Positions 1 through 12,470 of a DNA stretch of 64,000 bases are shown piece after piece. Position numbers and translations under genes: made by a program. A model generated the notes under the pieces. The model did not search any database, was not told where the DNA came from, and saw nothing but the letters and a program-made list of their open reading frames with translations. The stretch lies in assembly GCA_013265495.1 (NCBI GenBank), contig MU061579.1, forward strand, positions 5,083,146-5,147,145. Direction: 5' to 3'. The DNA is from Vicugna vicugna. Lineage: Eukaryota. Positions within the stretch are counted from its first letter, which is position 1. Each line of letters begins with the position of its first letter.

Positions 1-289
1 TACTCCATAATAATTAAGAATATTAGCAGAGGAGACAAAGAGAAAAAGAGATAACTATCTTAATTTTATCCAGACAAGAAAACTGAATGTCAACCCTAAG
101 CATATGAGGTAATGAATAGGAAGTTACTAATTAGCCATGTATTTATGCTAATTCTACCTCTGAAATGTCTATTAGACTTCTTGCTTCCATTCTCTGTGAT
201 ATTACATGTATTCATTTCCCAAAAAACAGACTCCTAAACTTTTATGACTGAAATATAATTCTAATTGTCTTGTCTCTTAACTGTCTTCA

Positions 290-425
290 TCAATCCATTC
301 TTTTATTTATTTCACCCAGTACATAATGTAAAAGTGTTTAGGATATAATAAACACTGTGCTAGGTGCTGAGTTTAGGACAGTGAATAAGAGAGTTCCAGG
401 TCTTCAAGGCTTCTATTTGGAGCAA
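290..425 (-). mobile_element. L2 LINE 3' end fragment
   Basis: 'cactgtgctaggtgctgag...acagtgaataaga' resembles the reverse complement of the L2 3' end. Confidence 0.5.
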
Positions 426-469
426 AAATAAAATTAAATTAAAAAATTAAATTATACAAGTTTTCCCCC

Positions 470-740
470 CTACACTGTAGTCAGAGTTAGTTAACAAAAA
501 GTGAAAACAGAAAAGTCACTCTCTCCCCTGATCAAAATTCTCCAACGATTATCTTTCTCTTTATGTACTCTCAATTCCTTTGCACATTTTTCAAGCTTTC
601 CCCTTTCTGATACCTCTATCTGTTCTGTTTCAACTATGCCTTTTTCCTTTAAATACCATTTGTGTTAGCCATTTTCCAGCATAAACGGTATGCATTTTCA
701 CATCTCTGTAGCATTGCTCAAACCTCTACTTCTACAGAAA
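470..740 (+). mobile_element. Degenerate L2 fragment
   Basis: Pyrimidine-rich stretch with L2-like motifs (gtcactctctcccctgatcaaaattctccaa). Confidence 0.4.
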
Positions 741-2514
741 GTCTACAAAGAAGAGTTTTGATATAAGGTGTTAAAAAAAACAATGATATGATAACAGAGG
801 AAAAACTTCACTACCCTTTTATGATGTTGCATAGTCTAGACACATTTCAAACTACTGAGGGTAGTGAGTAGATAAGTTCATGAATATATAAGTCTGATGG
901 GGCATATTTTATAAATGATTTAACTTTTAAGTTGTAATGGATTAAACCTACATATACAAATTAACAGATGATGCAAGAAAAATCTGCATTTGTCGTGGAA
1001 ACTCAGAAATGAAGACATTCACATGTGAGAAATCTCAAGGCATTTCTACAAGGTGATGTGTTAAAGCAGTCTAAAGGAAAAGAGGAATGATTATTTTGTT
1101 GATTAAGAAGTAAAAACATGGAGAAAGAAGAGAAATATGTAACCAGGAAAATCTAATTAATTCCCTTAAGCTCAGAACTCCAGGGACAGGAAATAAAGGT
1201 TGCTTTGGAAAAGTGGATTCCTTTTGAAGGTGAATTACTCTTAATTATGTTTGTGCTTTAAAAAATAAATGAGGTGATGGAGTGTTGAAGAAATGGGGGA
1301 ACTGTTCATCTATTCTCTTCTGAACTACATAGCATTGAGGGAAGGAAGAAAATAGAAATGTTCTCACACCTGGCTTCTAATGATAGTATTTCTGCAAGAC
1401 ATAAAAAGAAGGACCTGTTACAGTAAATAGAAAATAAGTCTTTGGCCTGAGATACTACTCACTGTCAAGGTTACTTTCATGGGATGTCTATGCCAATCTA
1501 TTCCCAACACGGTTTATCATTCTAGCTTTTGAAATGTATGCATATCCTTTACATTAGGAGAAGACAATTAAGTGGAGATGTTCATCATTTCTTACAGAAC
1601 ATGCAAAAATTCTGAGCATTGAGTAAATACATCACTTCCTTTGCAAGAATAATAAAACAAAAAATCTAGATTCTTGATATTATGTTAACTAGGGCCTAAT
1701 ATACAGAATCAGAGAAGAAACTTCAATGAGAGTATTCACAGCAATTAAAACAAAATTGTAACAGAACCAAAGCATTTAGGAATTTTTTTCTCTCTAATTT
1801 ACATTTTCAACAAAAGTCAAGAGTCTATTAACCCCTGAGATCAGAAGAGGCCATCATGAAAAGAGGAAAAACAAAAAACAAAAAAAAAACGAACTCTGGA
1901 AAATTGCTTTGATAAGAAAGCAATAAATTAAAGGCTTAAAAACATCGAATAAATTCAAAGGCAATAAAGAAAAAAAGTACTAAAAACAAATGAAAACCCA
2001 AGAATTTACTCCTAGAAATAGCACAATGGTAATTTGGACCTAATGTTCCTGAAAAAAATTATGTTATGGTAAATATAAGACATATTTTCAAAAGTACTTC
2101 AAAAGCTAACAACGTAAATACAACTGCTGGGATGAGATCATCGAGAGGACACGATCCAGTGCTGTTTTCCTCTGAGGACTTTGTTAATCTGAAACAGATG
2201 GTACAGACTAATCTGTACTCGAAAATCTTCTGTGCCACTGCATTACAATTCCAAAAATCAATTTCATGTTAATCGTAGGTCTAAATGTTAAAGATAAAAT
2301 AGCATGGCTTCCAGAAAGTAATGTGAGAGTCTATACCCACTACATACGTAGGCAAAGATTTTTCCAACAGGATCAGAAAGCATGTATCATTAACAAGATC
2401 ACTAACTGGCATATCTGTGATATTAGGAACTTCTCCCCACCAAAAGTACCATTAAGTGAGTGTAAAGGCAAGCCAAGAACTGAGATAATTTATTTTCAAA
2501 TAATCCACTGGAAA

Positions 2515-3350
2515 AAACATGTAAAAGACAAGAAGGTGTCACAAATGAAGATTTACAAAAGACCAGCTATGTAGAAAAAGGTGCTCAATGTCAATAAAGA
2601 AAAGCAAATTAAACCAAAATGAAATATTAATATTTATTAATCAGAATGACTAAAATTAAAAAGTCTAGTAATGTTAACTGCTGTTGAGTTTATGGAACAA
2701 TTAACAATTTCATACACTTAATGATGGGGTGTAAACTGGTACAGACATTTTGAGAAAATGTTTGTCATTACTTATTGAAGTTGAAGGTATGCAAATTATA
2801 AAACCTACTGATTCTTTCCTAGGTACATACACAACAAAATTTTGTACATACATGACCCTAAAGATACGCATAAGAGTGTTTAAAGCAGTATTATTCAAAA
2901 TAGCTCCAAACTGAAATGATCCAAATACCCAGTAAAATGAATCTGGAAGTCCATTTAACAAATCGTATAATAGAAGAATATCTAGCAACAAAAATGGATT
3001 AACTATGGCCACATGTACAAGAATAAATTTCCAAATGTATTATTAAGCAATCGAAGCAAGGTATAAACTAATTATGGTATAAAATTCCATTTATACCAAG
3101 GTAAAAAATGGCAAAACTCTGCCACAGAGTTGAAAACCAAAACAGAGGTTATCTTTCTGAGAGGAAAGGGAGTAATACATAAATTGGAATATACCTATGT
3201 ATTGATTCTTGATGGCTAATAACATTTAATTTCTTGATTTAGATAGTAGATCCCCAAGTGTGTTCACTATGTGATAATTAATTGATCTACACTTCATGAT
3301 CTATGAACTTTTCCCTATGTGTATTCTAAGTTAATGAAAGTTTAAAAGTA
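2515..3350 (+). mobile_element. Old L1 (L1ME-like) ORF2 end and 3' UTR
   Basis: 'aaaaggtgctcaatgtca', 'ggtgtaaactggtaca' and 'aaaatagctccaaactg' follow the L1 ORF2 C-terminal order. Confidence 0.75.
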
Positions 3351-4339
3351 TCCTGGAGATGTGCAGAGCCAAGCATAGTCATGCTTATGTTTCATTATAT
3401 TTTACAACATTGAAAAATTGGAAACAACACAAATGCTTAGCAACAGGGGATTTGCAAATTCAACACAGTGTACCAATGTAAGAAATATGCAAATTTCATA
3501 GTATACTAAAACAATATTTAATGCTATGAAGAAAAATATGGTATGTTAGATAAAGAGGGAAGATTAAGAACAATGTACACAATAAATATTCATACATATG
3601 TGTTCATGCATTTCCTATTTAATATTCCTCCTACTAGCACCAATTTAGTCCAAGTCTATTCCTATATAAATATGCCTTAAATTTATATATGTATATATAC
3701 ATATGTACATACACATCACTATTGTTTTCATCATTCTCTGAGTGCTGTCATACATTATTAACTAAAGAGAATCAACTTGGCACTTTCTACTGTACATTCT
3801 CATCCAATGAATGTAATTAAGTCTGTATACTGTAACTATTCTCAGTCAGTGACTGCTACATTGTGCTCATCTGATTTCACTGGGATCTGGATTTTTGACA
3901 TTTATGTTTGTACAATCTCTTTTTCTGCCTTAATTTTTATTTGAGGGAACATTGTTGACCCATAGTGCCTGTCAAATGGTCAGGAAGCTAGTTTTTTTTT
4001 TTCCCCCCAACTTTTTCAAAGATACAAAGGACAATTCTAAATGTAAAACCTATGTTAGAGCTACACAAAAAAAATCTCTAAGGAAATCATAGCAGGGACA
4101 GGCAAAACATTAGGGAAAAAATTTGAATTGTTGGAATATCTATGCAAGTCTGAAGAGTATTTATAAACATTAGTGCTGTCTGGAAGAACTGAATCCTAAC
4201 TGTAGGATGCTGACTGAGAATGTGGCAGGGATTATGTTATGATTTGTGAAGAGCCACCTCCATGGGAATTAAGGTAAAACAGCATTGTTCAGGAAATAAT
4301 CTTTTAACAACAAATGGCCAAATATAAACAGACTATAAA

Positions 4340-4340
<1 letters not shown>

Positions 4341-4388
<48 letters not shown>
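4341..4388. repeat. (TATC)12 perfect tetranucleotide microsatellite
   Basis: Directly visible, 12 uninterrupted copies. Confidence 0.98.
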
Positions 4389-6984
4389 CCACTATTGTAA
4401 AGGTGATTATCTCAAGGCAATGAAGTTATAGTTGATCATATTTTATTGCTACATTAAAAAATTATCTACACATAAAAACAGTGACATTATTAAAGCTAAT
4501 AAATTTTAAAAAATGGTTTTCTCTCCATTTCATCCCATCACTTCAGTCATGCTTATTTTATTTTGTTAAGTGCCAAAAGCAGAAATATTTTGAAAGTGAT
4601 CATTTTAAATTGAATTTTCCTAACAGAACTTTAAAATCATTGTTTATTTAGAAAAGAACTATATATTTTAAAAATATTTAAATTAAGGCTCAGTTTGAAG
4701 GAACAACTCAAATCTATTACTTTATCATAAATACTATTTACATATAGATTTCATATTCTTCTCTGCATTAGCAATATCATCTAAAAATGTATTAAAATGT
4801 TTGAAAGCTTCCTTGTTCAAGTGCACCTTCTCTTACTACTCTATAATGCCATTCAGAGTACTATTACAGGGTACAAAATGAAATTTTATTATTGATTAGA
4901 ATACACATTTAAAGGTCAACGCTAGCAAAGCATTTCAAAACTTGATTAGATTATGCTTGTTAAAGTTTCTGCACACCTTTGAATTTCAAAGTAATTATAC
5001 TTAAACAATATATTGGTAGGAAAAAGTATGGTTATGTTGCAAACTGTGACATTATTAGGTCAAATAAGGCATTTCTAAGCTGATGCCATTTAAAAGTTTC
5101 CACATTTCCAAAGAAAACACAGATTTGGGTTCATATTGGTTTCAAACTAATTAGGTACCTTACATAGTCTATTTCCTTTAGTAACGAAGATATGTGTATA
5201 TATTATGTACTTTCAGGTTTTACATTTTTTAAAGTCTTCAAAATAGATTAAATATTAGTTCTTTATATAAAACTTCACAAGTATTCATTTTATCATGTCT
5301 ACTTTCCAAAAGAAGAACAGATTTTCAGTTATATCACTCTTCTAATTTGTTTTAATTCTATTAAAATTATTCTCTTGGAGATGGCTTAGAGCTGATTACT
5401 TGGGTTTTAGTCATTTTTAAAATATAAATTTGTGAAATAATGTCTTTCAAAATAACACATTTGATTAATTTTATCCTATACATAGACAACTTGAATTTAT
5501 AAATGGAAATATATTTATGATACTATATTCTATAGCACATTTTAAAATATTTCTAGAATATAAAATTTGAATAGAATAAACATTCTTACAGATCATCATT
5601 TAACTCCATGAGCAATTTTATATAGCCTGAATCCTGATTCAAAAAACTTAATCAAGTATTTACTTTCCTGTAAGCAGTTATCCTAAGCATCCTGTCAATC
5701 TCTAATAGAATATTGAACAATTAAATGGTTAACTGTATCCATATTTTTAAAATTTATTAACTGGTATTAGGGCCTTATACTGGCTTGCAATTCTTTAAAA
5801 ATTTTGCCTTCATATTAATCATTATGCCAGTATTTTACAAAAAATATACAATCACTTTTTACTAAACCATTTTTTATATAATTAACAGCAATTGTAATCT
5901 GTGACATAAATTGTGCTTTTAATTGTTAACTCATTCGATAAACAGCGTTATCGCATAATGTGGCTGAACTACACATTAAGAAATAATTCCAACATTTCTC
6001 AAAATTCAATGTTTTTTGAGAAAGAAAGAAATTCAGAGTGCACTGAATGAATAGATTAAATACAATTTTACATGACTCAAATCATCTCTGATACCTGGCT
6101 TTGAAAAGAAATGGAATTAATATAATCCCAGGAGATAGACGTCCATAATAAAATAATCAAATGTATTATACTCAGAAAAATCAATGGATTACTCTTTTCA
6201 GAACATGTTCAGGTATATATAGCAAGGAAGATATAGTTTACATCAGTCAGTGAGTCTTTATCATGCTCAAATATTAGTCCTTTCTAAATATGAAAAATGG
6301 AACTGGGATGCTTCTTAAATTGTTAAAACTTTGAATAATTATTGTTATTCTATTAAATTTTTATGGTTAAATCCATGGAATAAAGACCAAAAATATCTCC
6401 TTTCCAAAGGAGTGATCTTTAACCCAGTGTACAATATTGTCTGAACTCAGATGATAAATCCTCTAAAAGAGTTCACTGTAATTTTCAATAAAGTAGGCTC
6501 CTATTATTTTCTTTTAGAAACTCTGCAGTTTTACACAATTGGATGCTCAAATAGTGTCAAAGTGGTGAACATTACTCGTGGAAAAGAGAATGGATTAACA
6601 GAATATTATATCTGACTTTGGTTCAGATATAAAATTTCTGTCTCTTTTTTCTTGACAAGAGTTACCTAATCTTGATTACACAAGGAAATATTCCCAAGAA
6701 TATCAACCAGGTAGTTTTTCTGTGGATTAGAGATAAATTTCCATGGCATTTTTAGGCTGCGGTGTCACATTTTGAGATGCAAAAACAAAATCCCTATAAT
6801 TTAGTAAATTAGGTTTTTTTTTTTCAAATTTTAAATAAAAGAGTAATATCTGTAATACATTATGGAACTAAATGCTGAAAGTTTATGAACTCATTAGAGC
6901 AATCAGATTTTCTTACATGGAAATTCAGGGCCTCCACCATACTACCTAGGCTGTACTTCTCATTTTCATCACTCGCCTAACAAT

Positions 6985-7167
6985 GGGGAGCAATCAAGTT
7001 CGGAGTCCCTTACCTTGAAGGAATGGGCCAGCACTAATATCCCACAGTGCTCAGCAACTGTCTGGGGCTGCCCACTGAAGGTGTGACTTAGGTGTAAAGA
7101 TTACTGTCAGTTGATCATGCTTCCTGCAGTGGAAGATCCGAGAGACATGGTTTCATGACATCTATCA
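6985..7167 (-). mobile_element. ERVL-class LTR fragment (LTR33/LTR16-like)
   Basis: 'gaaggaatgggccagcactaatatccc...gcttcctgcagtggaagatccgagag' resembles old ERVL LTRs. Confidence 0.45.
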
Positions 7168-7219
7168 ATCAGTTTAGTTAAAAATAATGGCAAAGCAAAA
7201 ATAATTATAGAAACAATCA

Positions 7220-7418
7220 CAGTCATCCCTCGATATCCGAGGGAGTTGGTTGCAGGACCTGTTTCGGATACCTCCATCTCCATGGTTCCACATGCAGTGA
7301 TTCAACCAACCTGGAATCGTGTAGTACTATAGTGTTTACTAGTGAAAAATAAAAAAAAAAAAATCTGCTTCTAAGTGGACCTGTGTAGTTCAAACCCATG
7401 TTGTTTAAGGGTCAACTG
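7220..7418 (+). mobile_element. Tigger2-family MITE (MER8-like)
   Basis: Termini cagtcatccctcg... and ...gttgtttaagggtcaactg followed by TA. Confidence 0.85.
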
Positions 7419-7559
7419 TAGTAGATTTGATAACATCTAGGAGAGCATTTTTGGAAAGATCAATAAAATACTAAAATTGTTTAGCAATTCAAATCACAGG
7501 AAAAAATGGAAAAAAGAATATCATAAAGTGCATACAACCTCAGCAATAAAGAAGAGTAC

Positions 7560-7800
7560 ATATTTCAGAGTTTGAGATCATGGTATCTGGAGCCAGGAAT
7601 CCCTGGTGCAAATCTGGACAAATGTTACTAGATATATTATTAGACATGTGAGTTATCTTATTTAAAGCTTAGTTAACTCATCTGTAAATCAGATATAATA
7701 TTAGTTCTTCACTCATATTTTTGCACTTAAATGTGTGAATATATGTAAAATAGACTCATGCCTGGCACATGGTAAATTTGTATAAGTGTTTTCTCTTATT
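7560..7800 (+). mobile_element. MIR SINE
   Basis: 'tctggagccag', core 'ctcatctgtaaa' and tail 'tgcctggcacatggtaa'. Confidence 0.75.
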
Positions 7801-7804
7801 CAAT

Positions 7805-7910
7805 AAACCCCCAAACGTCAGGGACTTTTGTCTGCTTTGTTTATGATTTTATCTTCAGTTCTTAGAAGAGTATCTGATAAGTAGTATTTGATCAGTAAAT
7901 AGCTATTAAA
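7805..7910 (+). mobile_element. L2 3' end fragment
   Basis: 'cagggacttttgtctgctttgttt...tcagtaaata'. Confidence 0.55.
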
Positions 7911-7935
7911 CTTATAACTGAAACGTGTAAGCCGT

Positions 7936-8365
7936 TACAGTGGAGGCTGTAGCTTGCCTCTCAAACTCCTCCCTCAGCACTGTAGAGCTCGCTGTCCCCG
8001 CCACTGGGTGGGCCGGCGGCTAAGGGCTTTCACGAATTGCATCAAGTGGAAAAAGATATTTCTCCCTGACGCCTGCCCAGAGCATCCTGCATTGGTTGGT
8101 CAATGCCAAGTTGCATGGGCCTGGCCCCCTTGCACCAAGGAGGGACATCGATGAAAAGTCATTCTGGCACTCAGCTCCTCGCGGAATCAAAGGGTCACCA
8201 AACATCTTTGTCAAGACTGCACTGAGATTCAACTTCTCACTCTGACCAGTCTTATTTCCTCTACACCCTCCCTCTCCTGTTGATCTCTAGAGCACTCCCC
8301 AATAGTCTTCCTGCATCTGAAGCTCCATGTTAAGAGTCTCATTCCTGGGGAACCAATGGAAAACA
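7936..8365 (+). mobile_element. ERVL solo LTR (LTR16C-like)
   Basis: 3' end 'gagcactccccaatagtcttcctgcatctgaagctccatgttaagagtctcattcctggggaaccaa' matches the LTR16 family terminus. Confidence 0.75.
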
Positions 8366-10263
8366 AAAGTTTCATCATTTGCAGTTGATACAATAGTTCA
8401 ATTGAAATACCCTAAGCAGTCAGGTAAAATCTACAAGTATTAATTTACTTTAGTGTAGTGAGTGACAAAGCATAGTTTATTGACAGTTATCATTCAATTG
8501 GATAACAATATCAGAAAATAAAATGCAAAAATTACTCTATCCCATATTGTATAACAATAAATTTGAGAAAGAATAAGTAGTTTGATAAAGATACAAAAAA
8601 TTAAAATGAAACATCTCATTATTGTGATTATACTTATCACCTGTCACTGTATTTATATAAGCATATTTTCCTTTTCTTTATTTAGATAATGCACCTGAGT
8701 TATCCGAGTCTATTAGTTACATATGTCTAATATAGTTAAGTATGTTTAGTGTCACAAAACTTATACATATATGTATATATATATATGCACAAAAATCACT
8801 GATGACTATGGCTATGAAATCCTTGCAAACAGATGTTAATTGTTCTTTTAATTCCCCAGAAAATATAAAGGTTGTAACAGGTACACGGTATATGTTTATC
8901 AGATGAATAAACAATGTAGAATAAATAAATGCATAATGTAATACTATTAAACATTGGTCTGATACCATGAAGAAATTAGAAAATTTTATTCTACAGTTTT
9001 CAAATGTTTAGGCACGGGAAATTCCTCTAAGCAGTTCTAGGCTCAAGGTAGCGCACATTTACACTTGGAGTATTTACCTGACTTTCAATGATACAGGCTC
9101 AAACAAATGCTTTGCACCTGCACAGAGAAAAGGCCCCCAAAGAAGCCCAAATATCACAGCAAAAGGGACAAGGGCTATGTAGGGCAGTCCTGACTCCTGG
9201 GCTCTCCATCTGCTCCAGAATAGATTAAATGCTTGAAAAGGAAGAATATGTTTTGGCAGCACTGCGAGATCTATATCCCCAGGGCAAAATTGAAGACATA
9301 GTTGCATTCAATACAGACATAGATCTCTAGAAAGATATTTTCATAAGCAAGCGTTGCAGGCATTCAGTTGCACGTGCCAAGAATATCTCATGAAACAGAG
9401 TGCAGGCCCGGAATGAACATGCTGGAGTACAAGAGGAGACTGTTGAAACACTAACTGCTTCAGTGACACCCACAGCAGCAGGAGATGACAACAATGGTAG
9501 TATCAGCAGCAAAAAAAAAAGGGCTATTTTTCCATTTATAAATGCAATTGAACATATGGCTAGCTTAATTAGGACTTTTCTCATTAACTCAGAGTAGGCA
9601 GCTTCAATTGAAGCACTCTTGATAGAGAATCTGCATGAATAACGATCTATAGATTTGCAAAAAGACCATTTAATAAGTTGGAAACCAAGAAGTCAGCTAT
9701 GAGCATCTGTGCAACATTTGCTTATTTTCACCATATTTAGTCGCTCTCTGCTGTGTACCAGGAGCCCTTGAGCCACATTCAAAACCCCCACTGACAAGAA
9801 TGGTTTATTTAATGCCACCTTCAAAGAATCTGCCTGTAGTCAGAAGTTGAAGCACCATTAAAACACAAGAAAATATTAGCAGAGCTGTATGCAAAGAAAG
9901 CATACATTTGTATGGTGTAATTAGGTTAATGTTACAGGTGAAGCATGAAAAATAAATTTGGAATTTTCCTATAAGAAACCTAACACTGCCAGAACGAGTT
10001 ATCTTTCTTCTCCATAGCTAAGTAAAATGAAAGTAAAATGCTATTAGCATGTGAACCTCTTATGGCATAGATGCACAATACAATTGTTGCCAGAGAGTAG
10101 GTTCTTGTCTCCTCACAGAAAGAATTCAGAGACACGAAGTTCAAAAAAGTAAAATGAGGATTTATTAAGTGATAGGATGCTCTCAAGGGGAGAGCAGGTA
10201 GACTCAGATGAGGGCTGTAACTGAGTTTCTTTGGGAAGCTGGTTACATAAAGTTTAAAAATGA

Positions 10264-11095
10264 ACTACAATGAAGTATCACCTCACACTAGTCAGAATGG
10301 CCATTATTCAAAAATCCACAAATGATAAATGCTGGAGAGGGTGCAGAAAAAAAGGAACCTTCATACACCGCTGGTGGGAATGCAGTTTGGTGCAGCCATT
10401 GTGGAAAACAGTATGGTAATTTTCTCAAAAGACTAAAAATAGACTTACCATATGATCTAGCAATCCCTCTCCTGGGCATACATCCAGAGGGAACTTTAAT
10501 TCAAAAAGACACATGCATCTCAGTATTCACAGCAGCACTATTTACAATAGCCAAGACATGGAAACAACCTAAGTGTCCATCACAGATGACTGGATAAAGA
10601 TGTGTGGTATATTTATACAATGGAATACTACTCAGCCATAAAAATAATAAAATAATGCCATTTGCAGCCAGATGGATGGCCCTGGAGAATGTCATTCCAA
10701 GTGAAGTAAGCCAGAAAGAGAAAGAAAAATATATGATATCACTTATATATGGAATCCAAAAAAAAAAAAGACAAATGAACTTATCTGTAAAACAGAAACA
10801 AACTCACAGACATAGAAAACAAACTTATGGTTACCAGCAGGGGAGGGAGTGGGAAGGGATAAATTGAGAGTTTGAAATTTGCAGATACTCACTGGTATAT
10901 ATAAAACAGATAAATAAGTTTATACTGTATAGCACAGGGAATTATATTCAATGCCCTGTAGTAGGTGAAAAAGAATATGAAAATGAATATATGTAAATTC
11001 ATGTATGACTGAAGCACTGTACTGTACACTAAAAATTGACACATTATAAACTGACTATACTTCAATTATAAAAAGTAAAAAAAAAAAGAAAGAAA
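10264..11095 (+). mobile_element. 5'-truncated lineage-specific L1 (ORF2 C-terminus, 3' UTR, A tail)
   Basis: Encodes [18 protein letters not shown] (ORF2 cysteine-rich region) and, after a frameshift, LPYDLAIPLLGIHP; A-rich tail at about 11068-11095. Confidence 0.95.
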
Positions 11096-11376
11096 TATAT
11101 AGCACAATACCAATACACACTTTTCAAACAAAGAAACAAACAACAACAACAAAAAAACACACAAGTAGATGATGCTTCCATCATCCTAAAACTAGTTTTT
11201 GACCAGTATCAAAACCTTCTTTATCGAGGGTGTAATTACTATTTAATTCTTGAAAATGGTGTTCAAACTAACATGAAATTTTGTTCAGTTTAATAAAATA
11301 CTACCTAATTAAAAATAAGCTTTACTGTTATCTCTAGGGATATATTAATATCATTAAAAAGAATGTATGACTGAAA
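11096..11376 (+). other. Probable L1 3'-transduced segment
   Basis: Non-L1, non-LTR sequence between the L1 tail and the right TSD; ATTAAA at 11353-11358 precedes the A-run at 11374-11381. Confidence 0.65.
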
Positions 11377-11989
11377 AAAAATGAGTAAGTGGAATATACA
11401 TTGGAGATGGGTGGGCCTGGGGTCCTATTCCCCTATTTCCATTCTAACTCTGCCTTCCCGAGGGGAGGAGGGATTTTTGTCCTTATTTAGTCTCAATTGA
11501 AAGTGTCATGGTGTCAGTGCATGATAAGTACTTCTAATCTGCAAGTCTAATTTTATTGTAATGAGGGCTCAATGAGCAAAAGGTTACATTCAGATGCTGG
11601 AGATTCCTGCCTTTTCCCACCTTTCTGTGTGGTGACATTGTCACCTCAAAATGTAAGATTTCTCTGTCAGTCCAGAGGTTCCTGCTTTTCTCTGTCTGCC
11701 CAAGGACCTCCATTGTTCACAAGCTGTATGGCTTCCTGCTATTTGGCCTGTGCCCCTCTTTCTCTGCTCATATCTATCTGCCTGCTCTAACAAAATGACA
11801 GCATAATTTTTAAGAACAGGCCATTCTTTTGTATTTCTTAGTGTCCTTAACATTTAAGATTTGGAGTGAGGTAGGAATAGAAGGACGATTAAAGAGCAGG
11901 TCCTTATTATAATGTCTGGATGGACTTAGACAAAGAAGCAAAGGTGGATGATATTTTTGTTCAAAATTTAAAGATGCAAATAAGTAATT

Positions 11990-12228
11990 AAGACAGGAAG
12001 AGCTCAGACTCCAGCATCAGCGACCTGGTTTCAAGCGTCCATTTCTCCGCTTTTCACCTTAGGCAAATTACTTATCTTCACTGAACTCATTCCACAATCA
12101 ACAAAATGGATGTGACAACATTACCCTGCCTTCGTTGGGTGGGTGTGAATGGTCACTTTGTTAAGACATTTAACGTATTTAACATCTACCAGAGGGGCAG
12201 AGCTTAATGAATGTGAGATATTATGATG
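11990..12228 (+). mobile_element. MIR SINE
   Basis: 'gacctggtttcaagc', 'accttaggcaaattactt' and 'aaaatggatg' core motifs. Confidence 0.7.
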
Positions 12229-12327
12229 AAGAACACTTGGATTTTAGTGTTTAAATTATTTACATGGGCGACCCAATTCTTTTTATTTAGTTAACAGAGA
12301 TGGAGCTACAAATTCCGTTTCTCGGAG

Positions 12328-12470
12328 CCAGTTTCCCAACTTGTTCTAATTATCAGAATCTGTTAGTGTACTTGCTAAAAATCCAGGTTCCCAAGGCCTT
12401 CCCTTGGAGATTTCAATCTAGTAGAAATAGGGCAGAGCATGGGAATCTGCCAAGTTTTGGAAACGCAATC
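12328..12470. mobile_element. hAT-Charlie MITE (MER5A-like)
   Basis: 'atcagaatc...cttgctaaaaatccaggttcccaaggcc...gggaatctgc'. Confidence 0.55.

Larger units (their letters stand above)
10085..11792 (-). mobile_element. ERV1-like solo LTR split by an L1 insertion (halves 10085-10263 and 11377-11792)
   Basis: TGTT...AACA termini; minus-strand AATAAA near 10160; 4-bp flanks caat/aaat; aaaaatga duplicated at both junctions of the insert. Confidence 0.75.

Noticed and set aside
7936..8365. GC- and CpG-richer patch as a CpG-island promoter
   Set aside because: Short and explained by an LTR16-like element
10288..10867. Cluster of overlapping ORFs with a Cys-rich motif
   Set aside because: Frameshifted L1 ORF2 C-terminus and its alternative frames, not a host gene
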